A DNA stretch of 20,000 nt, taken from the IMG/VR virus record IMGVR_UViG_3300042342_001499; one strand, given 5' to 3'. Positions 1 through 7,773 of this stretch are shown one piece after another. The number at the start of each line of letters is the position of its first letter. Position 1 is the first letter of the stretch. The position numbers and the translations under genes were made by a program. The notes below the pieces were generated by a model. The model searched no databases. It was not told the DNA's origin and saw nothing but the letters and a program-made list of their open reading frames with translations. The stretch is from an uncultured virus (IMG/VR IMGVR_UViG_3300042342_001499) (lineage: Duplodnaviria > Heunggongvirae > Uroviricota > Caudoviricetes).

Positions 1-314
1 CTCGATCCCTTTCCTGCTACCATGCCTTTCATGTCCTCCAACATTTTGAGCATCAGCAATTTTTGTTTAGCTTCAGATGAAGCACGCATACACCCCATTA
101 CGAAACCAGCAAGGATTAGTTTTTTCTCGTAAGCGGTGATTTTAATATCAACCTCACCAAGCTCACCATCTCTGACCTCAGCTGCTGTTGCTGCTAAAGC
201 ATCCGATATGGTATCGTACTTTTCAAGGTTTTGTTTTACGATTCCTTCAGCCTCTTCGAAGAAATCATTTTTAAGGCCTAAGCCTTCTGTAACTGTTTCT
301 GTTTTTCCTGACAT
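1..314 (-). CDS. hypothetical protein, runs off the window edge (MSGKTETVTEGLGLKNDFFEEAEGIVK...)
   Basis: Manual translation gives an open frame from ATG at 314 to the edge; promoter repeat 326-379 lies directly upstream. Confidence 0.8.
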   Translation of the reverse strand, partial: MSGKTETVTEGLGLKNDFFEEAEGIVKQNLEKYDTISDALAATAAEVRDGELGEVDIKITAYEKKLILAGFVMGCMRASSEAKQKLLMLKMLEDMKGMVAGKGS

Positions 315-325
315 AAGTTAATTAT

Positions 326-379
326 TTAATTGGTTTACTTAGCTAATATAGAAATTTCTAATTGATATAAAAAATGATT
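326..379 (-). promoter_or_regulatory. early promoter/leader repeat, TTAG subtype
   Basis: Minus strand AATCATTTTT...TAGAAATTTCTATATTAGCTAAGTAAACCAATTAAA. Confidence 0.75.
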
Positions 380-410
380 CTAGGAAATTATAGAAAAAAA
401 TTAAGATGAT

Positions 411-434
411 AAAAAAAGCCCCGAAGGGCTTTTC
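411..434 (-). terminator. intrinsic terminator
   Basis: Minus strand AAAAGCCC-TTCG-GGGCTTTTTTT. Confidence 0.85.
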
Positions 435-451
435 TTGCTAACCAACCAAAC

Positions 452-700
452 TTAATCTACCCAAATCTCTTGGGTTTTCGAAACCGATCTCCATTCGCCA
501 ACTTCCAAATCGAAGTAAGCTGTTTGAGCATCGGATATTTTACCACCCTTAGGGTGTTTTAGAATAGGAACACGTTCAAGGTCCAATGTTCCTAATGCAA
601 TGCGTAATGATCCGCCAACCTTTCTGTAATAGAATTTGTACGAACCCGTTTTGAGACCTTTCTTAAGATCATCATGTGTAATTTTTTTAAAGTCTGCCAT
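452..700 (-). CDS. WYL_2 / Sm-like SH3 beta-barrel protein (DUF2693-like), paralog 1
   Basis: Motifs FYYRKVGGSLRIALGTL and YFDLEVGEWRS; start moved to MADFKK (700) because the upstream in-frame part overlaps the promoter repeat. Confidence 0.75.
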   Translation of the reverse strand: MADFKKITHDDLKKGLKTGSYKFYYRKVGGSLRIALGTLDLERVPILKHPKGGKISDAQTAYFDLEVGEWRSVSKTQEIWVD

Positions 701-715
701 GTTTTTTTTTATTAT

Positions 716-765
716 TTGATTAACTCTATAAATATAAGACAAATCAATTGATTAAAAAAATGATT
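716..765 (-). promoter_or_regulatory. early promoter repeat, variant
   Basis: AATCATTTTTTT upstream block and TATATTTA box at matching spacing. Confidence 0.6.
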
Positions 766-786
766 CCGTGGAATTTTCTAAAAAAA

Positions 787-916
787 TAGTCAGGACAGGA
801 TTCGAACCTGTATAATAACTTATGAGCAGGACTTTCACCGGGTTTTTCAAGGTTACTCCGCGTTATCTTTACTATTAACCTTTATTCATAGCGTCTACCA
901 ATTCCGCCACCTGACT
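787..916 (-). ncRNA. tRNA-like RNA (Leu-type D arm) with ~60-nt insertion in the anticodon arm
   Basis: Acceptor stem AGTCAGG/CCTGACT, D arm TGGCGGAATTGGTAGACGC, T arm ACAGG-TTCGAAT-CCTGT, stem TATGA/TCATA enclosing 60 nt instead of a 7-nt loop; no encoded CCA. Confidence 0.75.
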
Positions 917-1181
917 ATTTTATTAAAGTTATTACGATTACTGTTCCTGTTATGTATCCTGCACTCAGTGCCACTGCATTGAATATTCTCTCACTCCAAT
1001 TAGTAGCCTCGATCATGTATCCTAGGAATGGTAGACCAAGGAATGGACTAATTGCTGCAAAGAATATCATACCTGGTGCATTACCCTCAGACACAAATCT
1101 GATATAAAAAGTTGAGCATATCTCAATGACTAATGCTGATATGAAAATTATCAGGTATCTTATGTTATATTTAATTTTCAC
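915..1181 (-). CDS. small membrane protein, about 3 TM segments
   Basis: Three hydrophobic stretches; probable GTG start at 1181 overlapping the end of the upstream ORF (ORF track start 1211). Confidence 0.7.
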   Translation of the reverse strand: MKIKYNIRYLIIFISALVIEICSTFYIRFVSEGNAPGMIFFAAISPFLGLPFLGYMIEATNWSERIFNAVALSAGYITGTVIVITLIK

Positions 1182-1431
1182 AGATTTCTTTTTCTTCAAA
1201 ATGTTCAGCAACTGTTCTATTACCAGTTAACATTCGTAACTCATTTAAGAAGTTCTCAATATGATAAGCCATTAATTCTGCGTGGTCTGCATCGTTACCA
1301 GCTAATAATACAACCTTCATCGTCTCAGCAATGAAGTTTATCTGAGAGTCATTGTTTACTTCACCCAAATCAGCAAGATCACTAATATCTTTCATTACTT
1401 TTTTAAGTGCATTTAATTTGATTGGGTCCAT
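1171..1431 (-). CDS. hypothetical protein
   Basis: 86-aa ORF directly after promoter repeat 1441-1492. Confidence 0.8.
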   Translation of the reverse strand: MDPIKLNALKKVMKDISDLADLGEVNNDSQINFIAETMKVVLLAGNDADHAELMAYHIENFLNELRMLTGNRTVAEHFEEKEICEN

Positions 1432-1440
1432 TTCCTATGT

Positions 1441-1492
1441 TTTAATTGGTTAAGACAAATATATAGATTTTTCTACAATTAAAAAAATGATT
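1441..1492 (-). promoter_or_regulatory. early promoter/leader repeat, canonical
   Basis: Minus strand AATCATTTTTTTAATTGTAGAAAAATCTATATATTTGTCTTAACCAATTAAA, containing the Bacteroidota -7 box TAnnTTTG. Confidence 0.85.
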
Positions 1493-2052
1493 TATACAAA
1501 AGCTCCAAACCGAGCTAGCATACTAACTCCAGGTCGAATAGCCTCCGGAATATTAGTAGTAATCAATTTCCATTCTTCCTCACTCATTTTGTTTCTTAAA
1601 CTCGCTGCTGCTGACAAAAAAGAATGACCCTTCCGCATTTTATCAAATATTGCATCTAATGTTTTCACGGAGACTGGATTGGCGTCACACCATAACTCCC
1701 CGCCAACCTTGAGTGGTGCTCCCTCAAGTGAGGTGAGACGATTGTTGTAACAAAAGAAATACCCACCAACCTTCTGTGGTGCTCCCACAAGTGATGTGAG
1801 TGAATTGTAGCCACAATTGAAATCATTACCAACCTTCTGTGGTGCTCCCTCAAGTGAGGTGAGCTGATTGCCATAACAATAGAAACTCTCACTAACTATT
1901 CCGAACTTAACACCTTTAAAATCTTTAAGTCTCTGGTGGTAACAATCGAAACCCGCACAAACATCAACAAGTCCAGTCTTAGGGTTTAGAGTCCATCTGC
2001 CATTAGCACACTTATCGAGCCAATTGATTTGTTTTTTGGTTAGAGTGGTCAT
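1492..2052 (-). CDS. 22-aa leucine-rich-repeat protein, paralog 1 (3 full repeats)
   Basis: Repeats of NxLTSLxGAPxKVGxxFxC; N- and C-terminal caps shared with 12642..13328. Confidence 0.85.
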   Translation of the reverse strand: MTTLTKKQINWLDKCANGRWTLNPKTGLVDVCAGFDCYHQRLKDFKGVKFGIVSESFYCYGNQLTSLEGAPQKVGNDFNCGYNSLTSLVGAPQKVGGYFFCYNNRLTSLEGAPLKVGGELWCDANPVSVKTLDAIFDKMRKGHSFLSAAASLRNKMSEEEWKLITTNIPEAIRPGVSMLARFGAFV

Positions 2053-2060
2053 TAGTAGAT

Positions 2061-2112
2061 TTTAATTGGTTAAGACAAATATAGAAAATTCTACAGGAAG
2101 AAAAAAATGATT
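2061..2112 (-). promoter_or_regulatory. early promoter/leader repeat, canonical
   Basis: TATATTTGTCTTAACCAATTAAA plus AATCATTTTTTT block. Confidence 0.85.
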
Positions 2113-2120
2113 CCTGGAAA

Positions 2121-2420
2121 TTATCTTATGATAAACTTCTTTATATCTACGACGGTGCCTTCTGACTTAAGTAGCAATACATAAGTTCCTTTCTCGTTTG
2201 TGTTAATGTGTATAGATTTAGCACCATTAGAAGGAATATCAGTTACGTAATCCTCATCATTCTTTAGCACTGAGATAGTATCTGCGTTTACTTCCCAATT
2301 AATAGTACCGTAAGCATCACAATTAGAGTTCTTTTTTGTCTTACATGCAAGTAATATTGATAATAAGCAACAACAAGCTAGTATAATAATGAGTCTTGTG
2401 TTTAATGTTAGGTTTTTCAT
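2121..2420 (-). CDS. putative lipoprotein with T9SS-CTD-like C-terminus
   Basis: Basic N-terminus, hydrophobic stretch, lipobox-like LLA-C; ends KGTYVLLLKSEGTVVDIKKFIIR. Confidence 0.65.
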   Translation of the reverse strand: MKNLTLNTRLIIILACCCLLSILLACKTKKNSNCDAYGTINWEVNADTISVLKNDEDYVTDIPSNGAKSIHINTNEKGTYVLLLKSEGTVVDIKKFIIR

Positions 2421-2479
2421 ACTTAATTTTAATTGTGATTTATAGTGAAATCTCCGTGAATGTTTCGGGGGTACCTCAT

Positions 2480-2881
2480 TTAGAAGAAAGTAACACCATG
2501 TTTATTACGATTCATCATAGCATCTATAATTTCTTGAACTTTAGTGTATCTTCTTGTCTCAATTATAGTACGGGAATCAATTTTTAACTTGAGAGTACCG
2601 GAATTCTGTACAATAGTCCAGTATTCTTTCTCGTGTTCATCATCACAAAAGCCTAGTTTAGTTGAGAGTTCTATGGAGGAACCACAGAAGTTACACCATC
2701 TTAATTTAGCACCACTTTCTTTTGGTATATTTACTATAGGAAACTTAACTGTGTCTCTCTTAACCAACGGAGGAGCATCAGCACTTCCCTTCTTTCTTTC
2801 TCTGTATGCTTTGTCAGTACATTTCTTTGAACAATAAGTTCCTTTTCTTTCATGTTCAGTAGAACATATTGGGCATGTCAT
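2480..2881 (-). CDS. double zinc-finger protein
   Basis: CPIC...YCSKKC and CNFC...FCDDEH motifs. Confidence 0.7.
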   Translation of the reverse strand: MTCPICSTEHERKGTYCSKKCTDKAYRERKKGSADAPPLVKRDTVKFPIVNIPKESGAKLRWCNFCGSSIELSTKLGFCDDEHEKEYWTIVQNSGTLKLKIDSRTIIETRRYTKVQEIIDAMMNRNKHGVTFF

Positions 2882-2893
2882 AGTATTCTTTAT

Positions 2894-2925
2894 TTGTTAT
2901 AGAGCAAATATAATGAAAGATTCCT
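2894..2925 (-). promoter_or_regulatory. divergent early promoter copy
   Basis: TATATTTG box about 25 nt upstream of the 2881 ATG. Confidence 0.55.
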
Positions 2926-2935
2926 GGATTTAGCC

Positions 2936-2949
2936 CTGGGGTTCCTCAG
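2936..2949. repeat. palindromic element CTGRGG-NN-CCYCAG
   Basis: CTGGGGTTCCTCAG; other copies at 2466, 4903, 4948, 8587, 11776, 16884, 16951. Confidence 0.7.
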
Positions 2950-2984
2950 GAAATTTCTAGGGAACCTATGAAAAACCCTTGAAC

Positions 2985-3013
2985 AAAAGAAAAGCTCGAT
3001 AAATCGAGCTTTT
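2985..3013 (-). terminator. intrinsic terminator
   Basis: AAAAGCTCGA stem paired with TCGAGCTTTT, followed by a T-rich tail on the minus strand. Confidence 0.8.
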
Positions 3014-3080
3014 CGGGTTGGCAGATTGGAACTGAGATAATGGCAGTAATCTCAGAGCATTCAAGACGACAGCATCTTGA

Positions 3081-3293
3081 TTATACTTCCTCTAGTATAT
3101 AATAGTTTCGTGTGTTTTTACGTAAGCGAAGTACTTTACAATCTTTTCCTTCTTGATTAGTGTGTATTTTTCCTGTTTCTTCGAAAGTAACTGTTTCACC
3201 CTCTTTTAAACGTGTTATCCCTTTTTCTTCAAATTTCAAGCTAGCGTATAATTTTACGGTATGGCTTAAAGTAACTGTGAGTTTTCTGTTCAT
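3081..3293 (-). CDS. small basic hypothetical protein, resembles the C-terminal domain of 7774..8112
   Basis: VKLY...EGETVTFE...VLRLRKNTRNYY versus VRLF...AGTQLSFE...IYRVRRGKRNFY. Confidence 0.7.
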   Translation of the reverse strand: MNRKLTVTLSHTVKLYASLKFEEKGITRLKEGETVTFEETGKIHTNQEGKDCKVLRLRKNTRNYYILEEV

Positions 3294-3309
3294 TTTTTTA
3301 TTTTTTAAA

Positions 3310-3543
3310 TTAAACTATTCTTCTGTAACTATTAAATTCGTTCATAACATAAACAAGCGAATTTCCGTAACTGTCTGTGCCTCTTATTAGAAGGTTATCT
3401 CCTTGCCATATAGCGTTTTCGATAATTAAGAAGTTAGGGCTTCCTGCAATTTTATAACAGTAAGGACTATAGTACAAATGGATCGTGTTGTTATTTGGAT
3501 CAATTTGTATTAAGCCGAAGTTTTTGCATTGTTGCCAGTTCAT
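3310..3543 (-). CDS. hypothetical protein
   Basis: 77-aa ORF downstream of a variant promoter (TAAATTTG) at about 3561-3610. Confidence 0.75.
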   Translation of the reverse strand: MNWQQCKNFGLIQIDPNNNTIHLYYSPYCYKIAGSPNFLIIENAIWQGDNLLIRGTDSYGNSLVYVMNEFNSYRRIV

Positions 3544-3634
3544 ATCTTTAACGTTTATTAGTTTATTATATTACAAATTTACGGAGTATTTTCTATTAAA
3601 AAAAATCTTTTAGCGACTTTTTAACATTTAGTTG

Positions 3635-4060
3635 TTAATTACTAAATATCAACGTCATTATCCTCTCCTCTCTATCGGAGGCTTCTCCTTTTTCGTCTAT
3701 TAGAACTCCTTTTATTGTGATAAAGATCGAATCTTCTAATACTGTTTCAGAGCTGATATCCATACGTGTTAGCAAATATTCATTATCTAACATTTCTATT
3801 ATATCTAGGAAGAAAGCTCCATCTTCTCTTTTCTCGTATAATACTGATCCGAAGAACTTCTTCTTAAAATCCGTGGTTACAATATCTTTCATATCAGGAT
3901 TGAAGTGCTCTGGCATTATATGATTACATAAGCTAACTATTTTAATATTCCTAGTCTTTGCTAATTTTATTAAATCAATTAATTTATATTTCTCGTTACG
4001 ACTTAACCCTATCTGATTTAAAATATTATCCGTTATCTCGTTTTTCTTCATGTGATCCAT
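3635..4060 (-). CDS. hypothetical protein, start uncertain (4051, 4060 or 4141)
   Basis: ORF track gives 3635..4141, but the 5' part overlaps a small promoter-proximal ORF, so a later ATG is more likely. Confidence 0.65.
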   Translation of the reverse strand: MDHMKKNEITDNILNQIGLSRNEKYKLIDLIKLAKTRNIKIVSLCNHIMPEHFNPDMKDIVTTDFKKKFFGSVLYEKREDGAFFLDIIEMLDNEYLLTRMDISSETVLEDSIFITIKGVLIDEKGEASDREERIMTLIFSN

Positions 4061-4097
4061 ATCGATTATAGATAATGAATCCAAAGAAGTTACTTGA

Positions 4098-4181
4098 TTA
4101 TTTTGGTCTATTAATAGGCTTTGTGCCTTGTGCGATTTCATAATAATATGGTTTTGGTTTTGGTTTGTTCGTCTTACTCAT
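4098..4181 (-). CDS. 27-aa Pro/Lys-rich peptide MSKTNKPKPKPYYYEIAQGTKPINRPK
   Basis: First ATG after promoter repeat 4190-4239, at the spacing seen for other genes. Confidence 0.5.
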   Translation of the reverse strand: MSKTNKPKPKPYYYEIAQGTKPINRPK

Positions 4182-4189
4182 ATTTGTCC

Positions 4190-4239
4190 GTTTTGTATAA
4201 AGTAAATGTAGACGATTCTACTTGATATAAAAAATGATT
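4190..4239 (-). promoter_or_regulatory. early promoter repeat, variant
   Basis: AATCATTTTT block, TAGAATCGTCTA dyad, TACATTTA box. Confidence 0.6.
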
Positions 4240-4291
4240 TTATATAAAATTTATTCGAGGAAAAAAATGATTTCTTAGAAAAGTCTCGAAT

Positions 4292-4317
4292 AAAAAAAAG
4301 CCGAGTCTCCCCGGCTT
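4292..4317 (-). terminator. intrinsic terminator
   Basis: Minus strand AAGCCGGG-GAGA-CTCGGCTTTTTTTT. Confidence 0.85.
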
Positions 4318-4345
4318 ATTCTAAACACTTAATAGAACCTACTGG

Positions 4346-4798
4346 TTAAACAATACCCACTCGGAAGAAGTGAGCATCTTTCTCTTGTAACTTGTGTGTC
4401 ATCTGAAGTACATTAAGTATCTCTTTGCGACCATCAGCAATATTCTTTACCTCTACTGGAGTATTTTCTGCTTCCTTAATCAAATCTTCAGGTAGCACCA
4501 TCAATCTAGGTGAGAGTCCTGTATCAGTCCAAATCTTAAATACAAGCTCAATAAGATTACTAGGGGTCTTACCCTCTTTAATCTCTTCAGCAAGCTTAAG
4601 CTGAAACTCTGGCTCCATCTCTATAGCTTGCTCATCAATTGAATTCATTATGTCTTCTGCTTGTGCATTAGTTAAAATGAAATTAAGCCCTCTTAGAGGT
4701 CCATACATTTGATGTACCATGCCCATAAACACTTTGCCTTTGGTTTGATCAATCATTTCATTTAACTGTGCTAAGACTTGAATTTTTTCTTGATTCAT
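4346..4798 (-). CDS. hypothetical protein
   Basis: 150-aa ORF between promoter repeat 4800-4852 and a terminator. Confidence 0.85.
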   Translation of the reverse strand: MNQEKIQVLAQLNEMIDQTKGKVFMGMVHQMYGPLRGLNFILTNAQAEDIMNSIDEQAIEMEPEFQLKLAEEIKEGKTPSNLIELVFKIWTDTGLSPRLMVLPEDLIKEAENTPVEVKNIADGRKEILNVLQMTHKLQEKDAHFFRVGIV

Positions 4799-4799
4799 T

Positions 4800-4852
4800 T
4801 GATTTATTTATGTCTCAAATATAATAACACATTACTAATTAAAAAAATGATT
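4800..4852 (-). promoter_or_regulatory. early promoter repeat
   Basis: AATCATTTTTTTAATT...TATATTTG. Confidence 0.7.
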
Positions 4853-4902
4853 TCCAGAATTTTCCAAAAAATCAACCTATAGGTTTAGTTAGGTTTAGTT
4901 TT

Positions 4903-4961
4903 CTGAGGTTCCCCAGTGATTAATGCTGATGCATCATGATCTATTTCCGGAGGTTCCCCAG
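4903..4961. repeat. two copies of the CTGRGG-NN-CCYCAG palindrome
   Basis: CTGAGGTTCCCCAG at 4903 and CGGAGGTTCCCCAG at 4948, both followed by TGA. Confidence 0.7.
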
Positions 4962-5000
4962 TGAATTCTGCGGATGCTGCGTGGCAAAACCAGAGGCCAC

Positions 5001-5025
5001 AAAAAAAGGAGACCGAAGTCTCCTT
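5001..5025 (-). terminator. intrinsic terminator
   Basis: Minus strand AAGGAGAC-TTCG-GTCTCCTTTTTTT. Confidence 0.9.
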
Positions 5026-5043
5026 GATTTTGGATATTAGACG

Positions 5044-6537
5044 TTATTGAAATTCTGCTCGAACAACTTGATTGATAATTGACGATACCTCTTTCGGTAA
5101 AAGCTTCAAATCGTTAACCACTTTCGAATACGTGTAAAGCTCTTTGACGTGGTCTGCTTGAATACCAATTCCGACCGTGACAAATTCGTCTCTTCTTGCT
5201 CGTTCAAGGATTCGTTTAAGTTCTTCGTTATGCTCTTGACCTCCATAATTGTTTCCTGAAGGTTCACCGTCGGATAGAGAGATGAAGATTATTCTGTCGT
5301 CATTAGTCTCTCGTACCTTCTTGTGAATAGCTTCGATAACTGGTCCGTCGTAATTCTGACACCAATGTACGTTATGGTAAAATTTGATATTCTTTTCGTA
5401 ATCGGTGTCGTACGGAGAATAGAAAGTGAAAATCTCAGGAGTGTAATCTCCGCTATGTCCGTAGATGTATAATTTATCCGGAGGTAGAATTTGACTCATT
5501 GCGAGATAAAGCGTATTCATAATATGACGTTGAGACTGAACACGATTTCCGTGTCCCATGCTACCTGACATATCGGCTAATATACATACGGAGAAAGGCT
5601 TCGTATCTTGTTCCTCTACCCTCTGTTTGTATATCGATAGATTTCCTGCAGGGACCTCGGCTATTTTAGATGTGTCAAGTTTTCCGAGTTTAAGGTTCTT
5701 AACCTCATCGCTCTTAGGATCGAAATTGATATCCAATAGTTTGATTAAAAGTTCCGAATCTCTCTTCTCCTCCGCGTTGAATTGATAGCTAGCTCCTGAG
5801 TCTTTTTTATCGAAGGCAGTGAATTTAGGCTTTTCGGAGAATGCAGTTAAACTTCTCTCGGCTACACTCCATGGCTTACTCTCGTTAATCTCCCCCATTA
5901 AACCTTGTATCGACTTACCGCTTTTTCCTTTAGGAGCTTCTTTACCTTCGGCCGGACTTCCACTTTCGCTTTCTTTCTCGTCTTCGCCATCACCTTCACC
6001 ATCTCCTTGACCTTCACCATCACCTTCGCCTTCTTCTTCTTTCTCTCCCTGTGGTTGACCTTCGCCTTCTCCCTCACCTTCTTTCTTTCCTTTGCCTTCC
6101 TCTGGCTTAGGTTCTTGAATTTCCATTTCGATTGTACTTGATAAGATCGAATCCTTATAGTGTTCGAACATAGGCGCCATCTCAGGATAGGATGAGCAAA
6201 TCGTACTTAAGATAGCTAGGTTATTCAAAGACACTACCGAATACTTCTTAACGGTCGTTCCGAAGAAAGAAGGTCTTTCGATAACCTTTGAAGTGAATTT
6301 GTCAATTAGACCTTTCTCTTTCGCCTTAAGAATGTAAAGCTTAATAAGCTTCTCCGCTTGCCATGTTCCTAATTCCCTAGCTGCTTCTCCGCTTGCTTTA
6401 ATATCCAAATCGAAGTCGATTTTAATATACGGATAATCATTAAGAACTCGAGTAAATCCACCGAAGTGAGAATTTTCCCATCCTGAAGTTGATTTGTAAC
6501 CTCCGCCCCAGCCACCCCATTGTTTGTATCCTGCCAT
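5044..6537 (-). CDS. vWA (MIDAS) domain protein, CobT/NorD-like partner of the AAA+ ATPase
   Basis: MIDAS DMSGSM and later LSDGEP; Glu/Gly-rich linker; adjacent to a MoxR-type ATPase. Confidence 0.85.
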   Translation of the reverse strand: MAGYKQWGGWGGGYKSTSGWENSHFGGFTRVLNDYPYIKIDFDLDIKASGEAARELGTWQAEKLIKLYILKAKEKGLIDKFTSKVIERPSFFGTTVKKYSVVSLNNLAILSTICSSYPEMAPMFEHYKDSILSSTIEMEIQEPKPEEGKGKKEGEGEGEGQPQGEKEEEGEGDGEGQGDGEGDGEDEKESESGSPAEGKEAPKGKSGKSIQGLMGEINESKPWSVAERSLTAFSEKPKFTAFDKKDSGASYQFNAEEKRDSELLIKLLDINFDPKSDEVKNLKLGKLDTSKIAEVPAGNLSIYKQRVEEQDTKPFSVCILADMSGSMGHGNRVQSQRHIMNTLYLAMSQILPPDKLYIYGHSGDYTPEIFTFYSPYDTDYEKNIKFYHNVHWCQNYDGPVIEAIHKKVRETNDDRIIFISLSDGEPSGNNYGGQEHNEELKRILERARRDEFVTVGIGIQADHVKELYTYSKVVNDLKLLPKEVSSIINQVVRAEFQ

Positions 6538-6547
6538 ATCTCTTTTG

Positions 6548-6599
6548 TTTAATTGGTTAAGACAAATATATAGATTTTTCTACAATATAAAAAATGATT
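6548..6599 (-). promoter_or_regulatory. early promoter/leader repeat, canonical
   Basis: Nearly identical to 1441-1492. Confidence 0.85.
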
Positions 6600-6601
6600 T
6601 C

Positions 6602-6634
6602 AAAAAAAGGACTGACGAATTTAATCGCCAGTCC
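6602..6634 (-). terminator. intrinsic terminator between the ATPase and vWA genes
   Basis: Minus strand GGACTGGCGA...TCGTCAGTCC followed by T7. Confidence 0.75.
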
Positions 6635-6644
6635 AGTTGAGTTA

Positions 6645-7685
6645 CTACTTAGCAGATTCGTCTAAGATAGATTTGATACTTTTAAGACCTTCTTGACTTC
6701 CGAGACCTTTGCAGAGTACGACGAAACCGTCATAGATTGTAAAGCCGTTAGAAACCAATTTCGTAATTGTCTTAAGGTGACGAAGAGAAAGGTTGAACGA
6801 GATTTTGAACTCGTCATGCTCCTTATTGATTTGATTGAAGACGGAAACCAATTTTTTGATTTTATCTGCGGCCACTGTCGGAAACTCAGATTTTAGAGTT
6901 GACTCGATATCTTTTGTGTTAATCGAATCAACCTCAATTAGCATGAATCGGTCAAGTAATGCACGGTCTAACTTGTGCGTTCCTGTGTATTGACTACCCA
7001 TGTTAGCCGTCGAGAAGAACACGCAGTTAGGGTGTATTTTTACTGGTGTCGTATCGTGGAACGAATACTCCATCGGTAATTCTCTTCGGAAGTCGAGACA
7101 AGGAAATAACAGGTTGTTTGCCATCGCTCCAGCTCTGGAGATTTCGTCTAAGAGTACGATACCAGGTTTTTGAATAACCTCGGAGAAACGAGAACGTTTG
7201 AATTCCGATTTTGTTACTCCGTCTTCCACTGAGATAACGTGATTTCCCACAAGACCCATTATGGGATCGGTCATTGTACCCATGTCGAAGATAGTCAGTG
7301 GCAGGTCGAACACTTTTGCAAGATTCGCAACAACTTCTGTTTTGCCCGTTCCTGTTGCCCCGATAAGCATAGTACTAACTCCGAACTCGATATTGTGTTT
7401 AGCAATCTCAAATGTGCCCGCTTCCATTTTGAAGTACCCATTCAATGTGACCGTGGTACCAGCCAGTACAGCCAACTTAGGATCCGCTTTCAAACGAGGT
7501 GTATCGTTTATCGCCTCCACAGCTTCCGATAGTATCGTTTTTCTTCTCCTAAGAGATTCGGAGATCTTTGCCTTAGCTTCATCGCTCATAGGCTTTCTTA
7601 CCTTCGGGCTAGCTTCTGATGCCGCTGCCAAATCTAGGATTTCTAACGTTTCCGTTTTTACTTCTGCTTTTTTTGTTCTTGCCAT
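6645..7685 (-). CDS. MoxR/CobS/CbbQ-type AAA+ ATPase (AAA_5) with basic N-terminal extension
   Basis: Walker A GATGTGKT, Walker B VLLDEISR, sensor TAN, LDRALLDRF, SLRHL. Confidence 0.9.
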   Translation of the reverse strand: MARTKKAEVKTETLEILDLAAASEASPKVRKPMSDEAKAKISESLRRRKTILSEAVEAINDTPRLKADPKLAVLAGTTVTLNGYFKMEAGTFEIAKHNIEFGVSTMLIGATGTGKTEVVANLAKVFDLPLTIFDMGTMTDPIMGLVGNHVISVEDGVTKSEFKRSRFSEVIQKPGIVLLDEISRAGAMANNLLFPCLDFRRELPMEYSFHDTTPVKIHPNCVFFSTANMGSQYTGTHKLDRALLDRFMLIEVDSINTKDIESTLKSEFPTVAADKIKKLVSVFNQINKEHDEFKISFNLSLRHLKTITKLVSNGFTIYDGFVVLCKGLGSQEGLKSIKSILDESAK

Positions 7686-7696
7686 TTTTATATAGT

Positions 7697-7751
7697 TTTA
7701 ATTGGTTTACTTAGCTAATGTAGAATAATCTACTTGATAAAAAAAATGATT
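7697..7751 (-). promoter_or_regulatory. early promoter repeat, TTAG subtype
   Basis: TACATTAGCTAAGTAAACCAATTAAA. Confidence 0.75.
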
Positions 7752-7773
7752 TTGGGATTCTTTTGGACTTTTT

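Noticed and set aside
787..916. Canonical tRNA-Leu, tmRNA or group I intron-containing tRNA
   Set aside because: No 7-nt anticodon loop can be assigned, and 130 nt is too short for tmRNA or a self-splicing intron.
4881..4900. AGGTTTAGTT tandem duplication
   Set aside because: Only two 10-bp low-complexity units, too little to support a function.
5044..7685. Cobalamin biosynthesis (cobS/cobT) call
   Set aside because: Similarity is at the MoxR/vWA family level only; there is no cobN or other pathway gene here.
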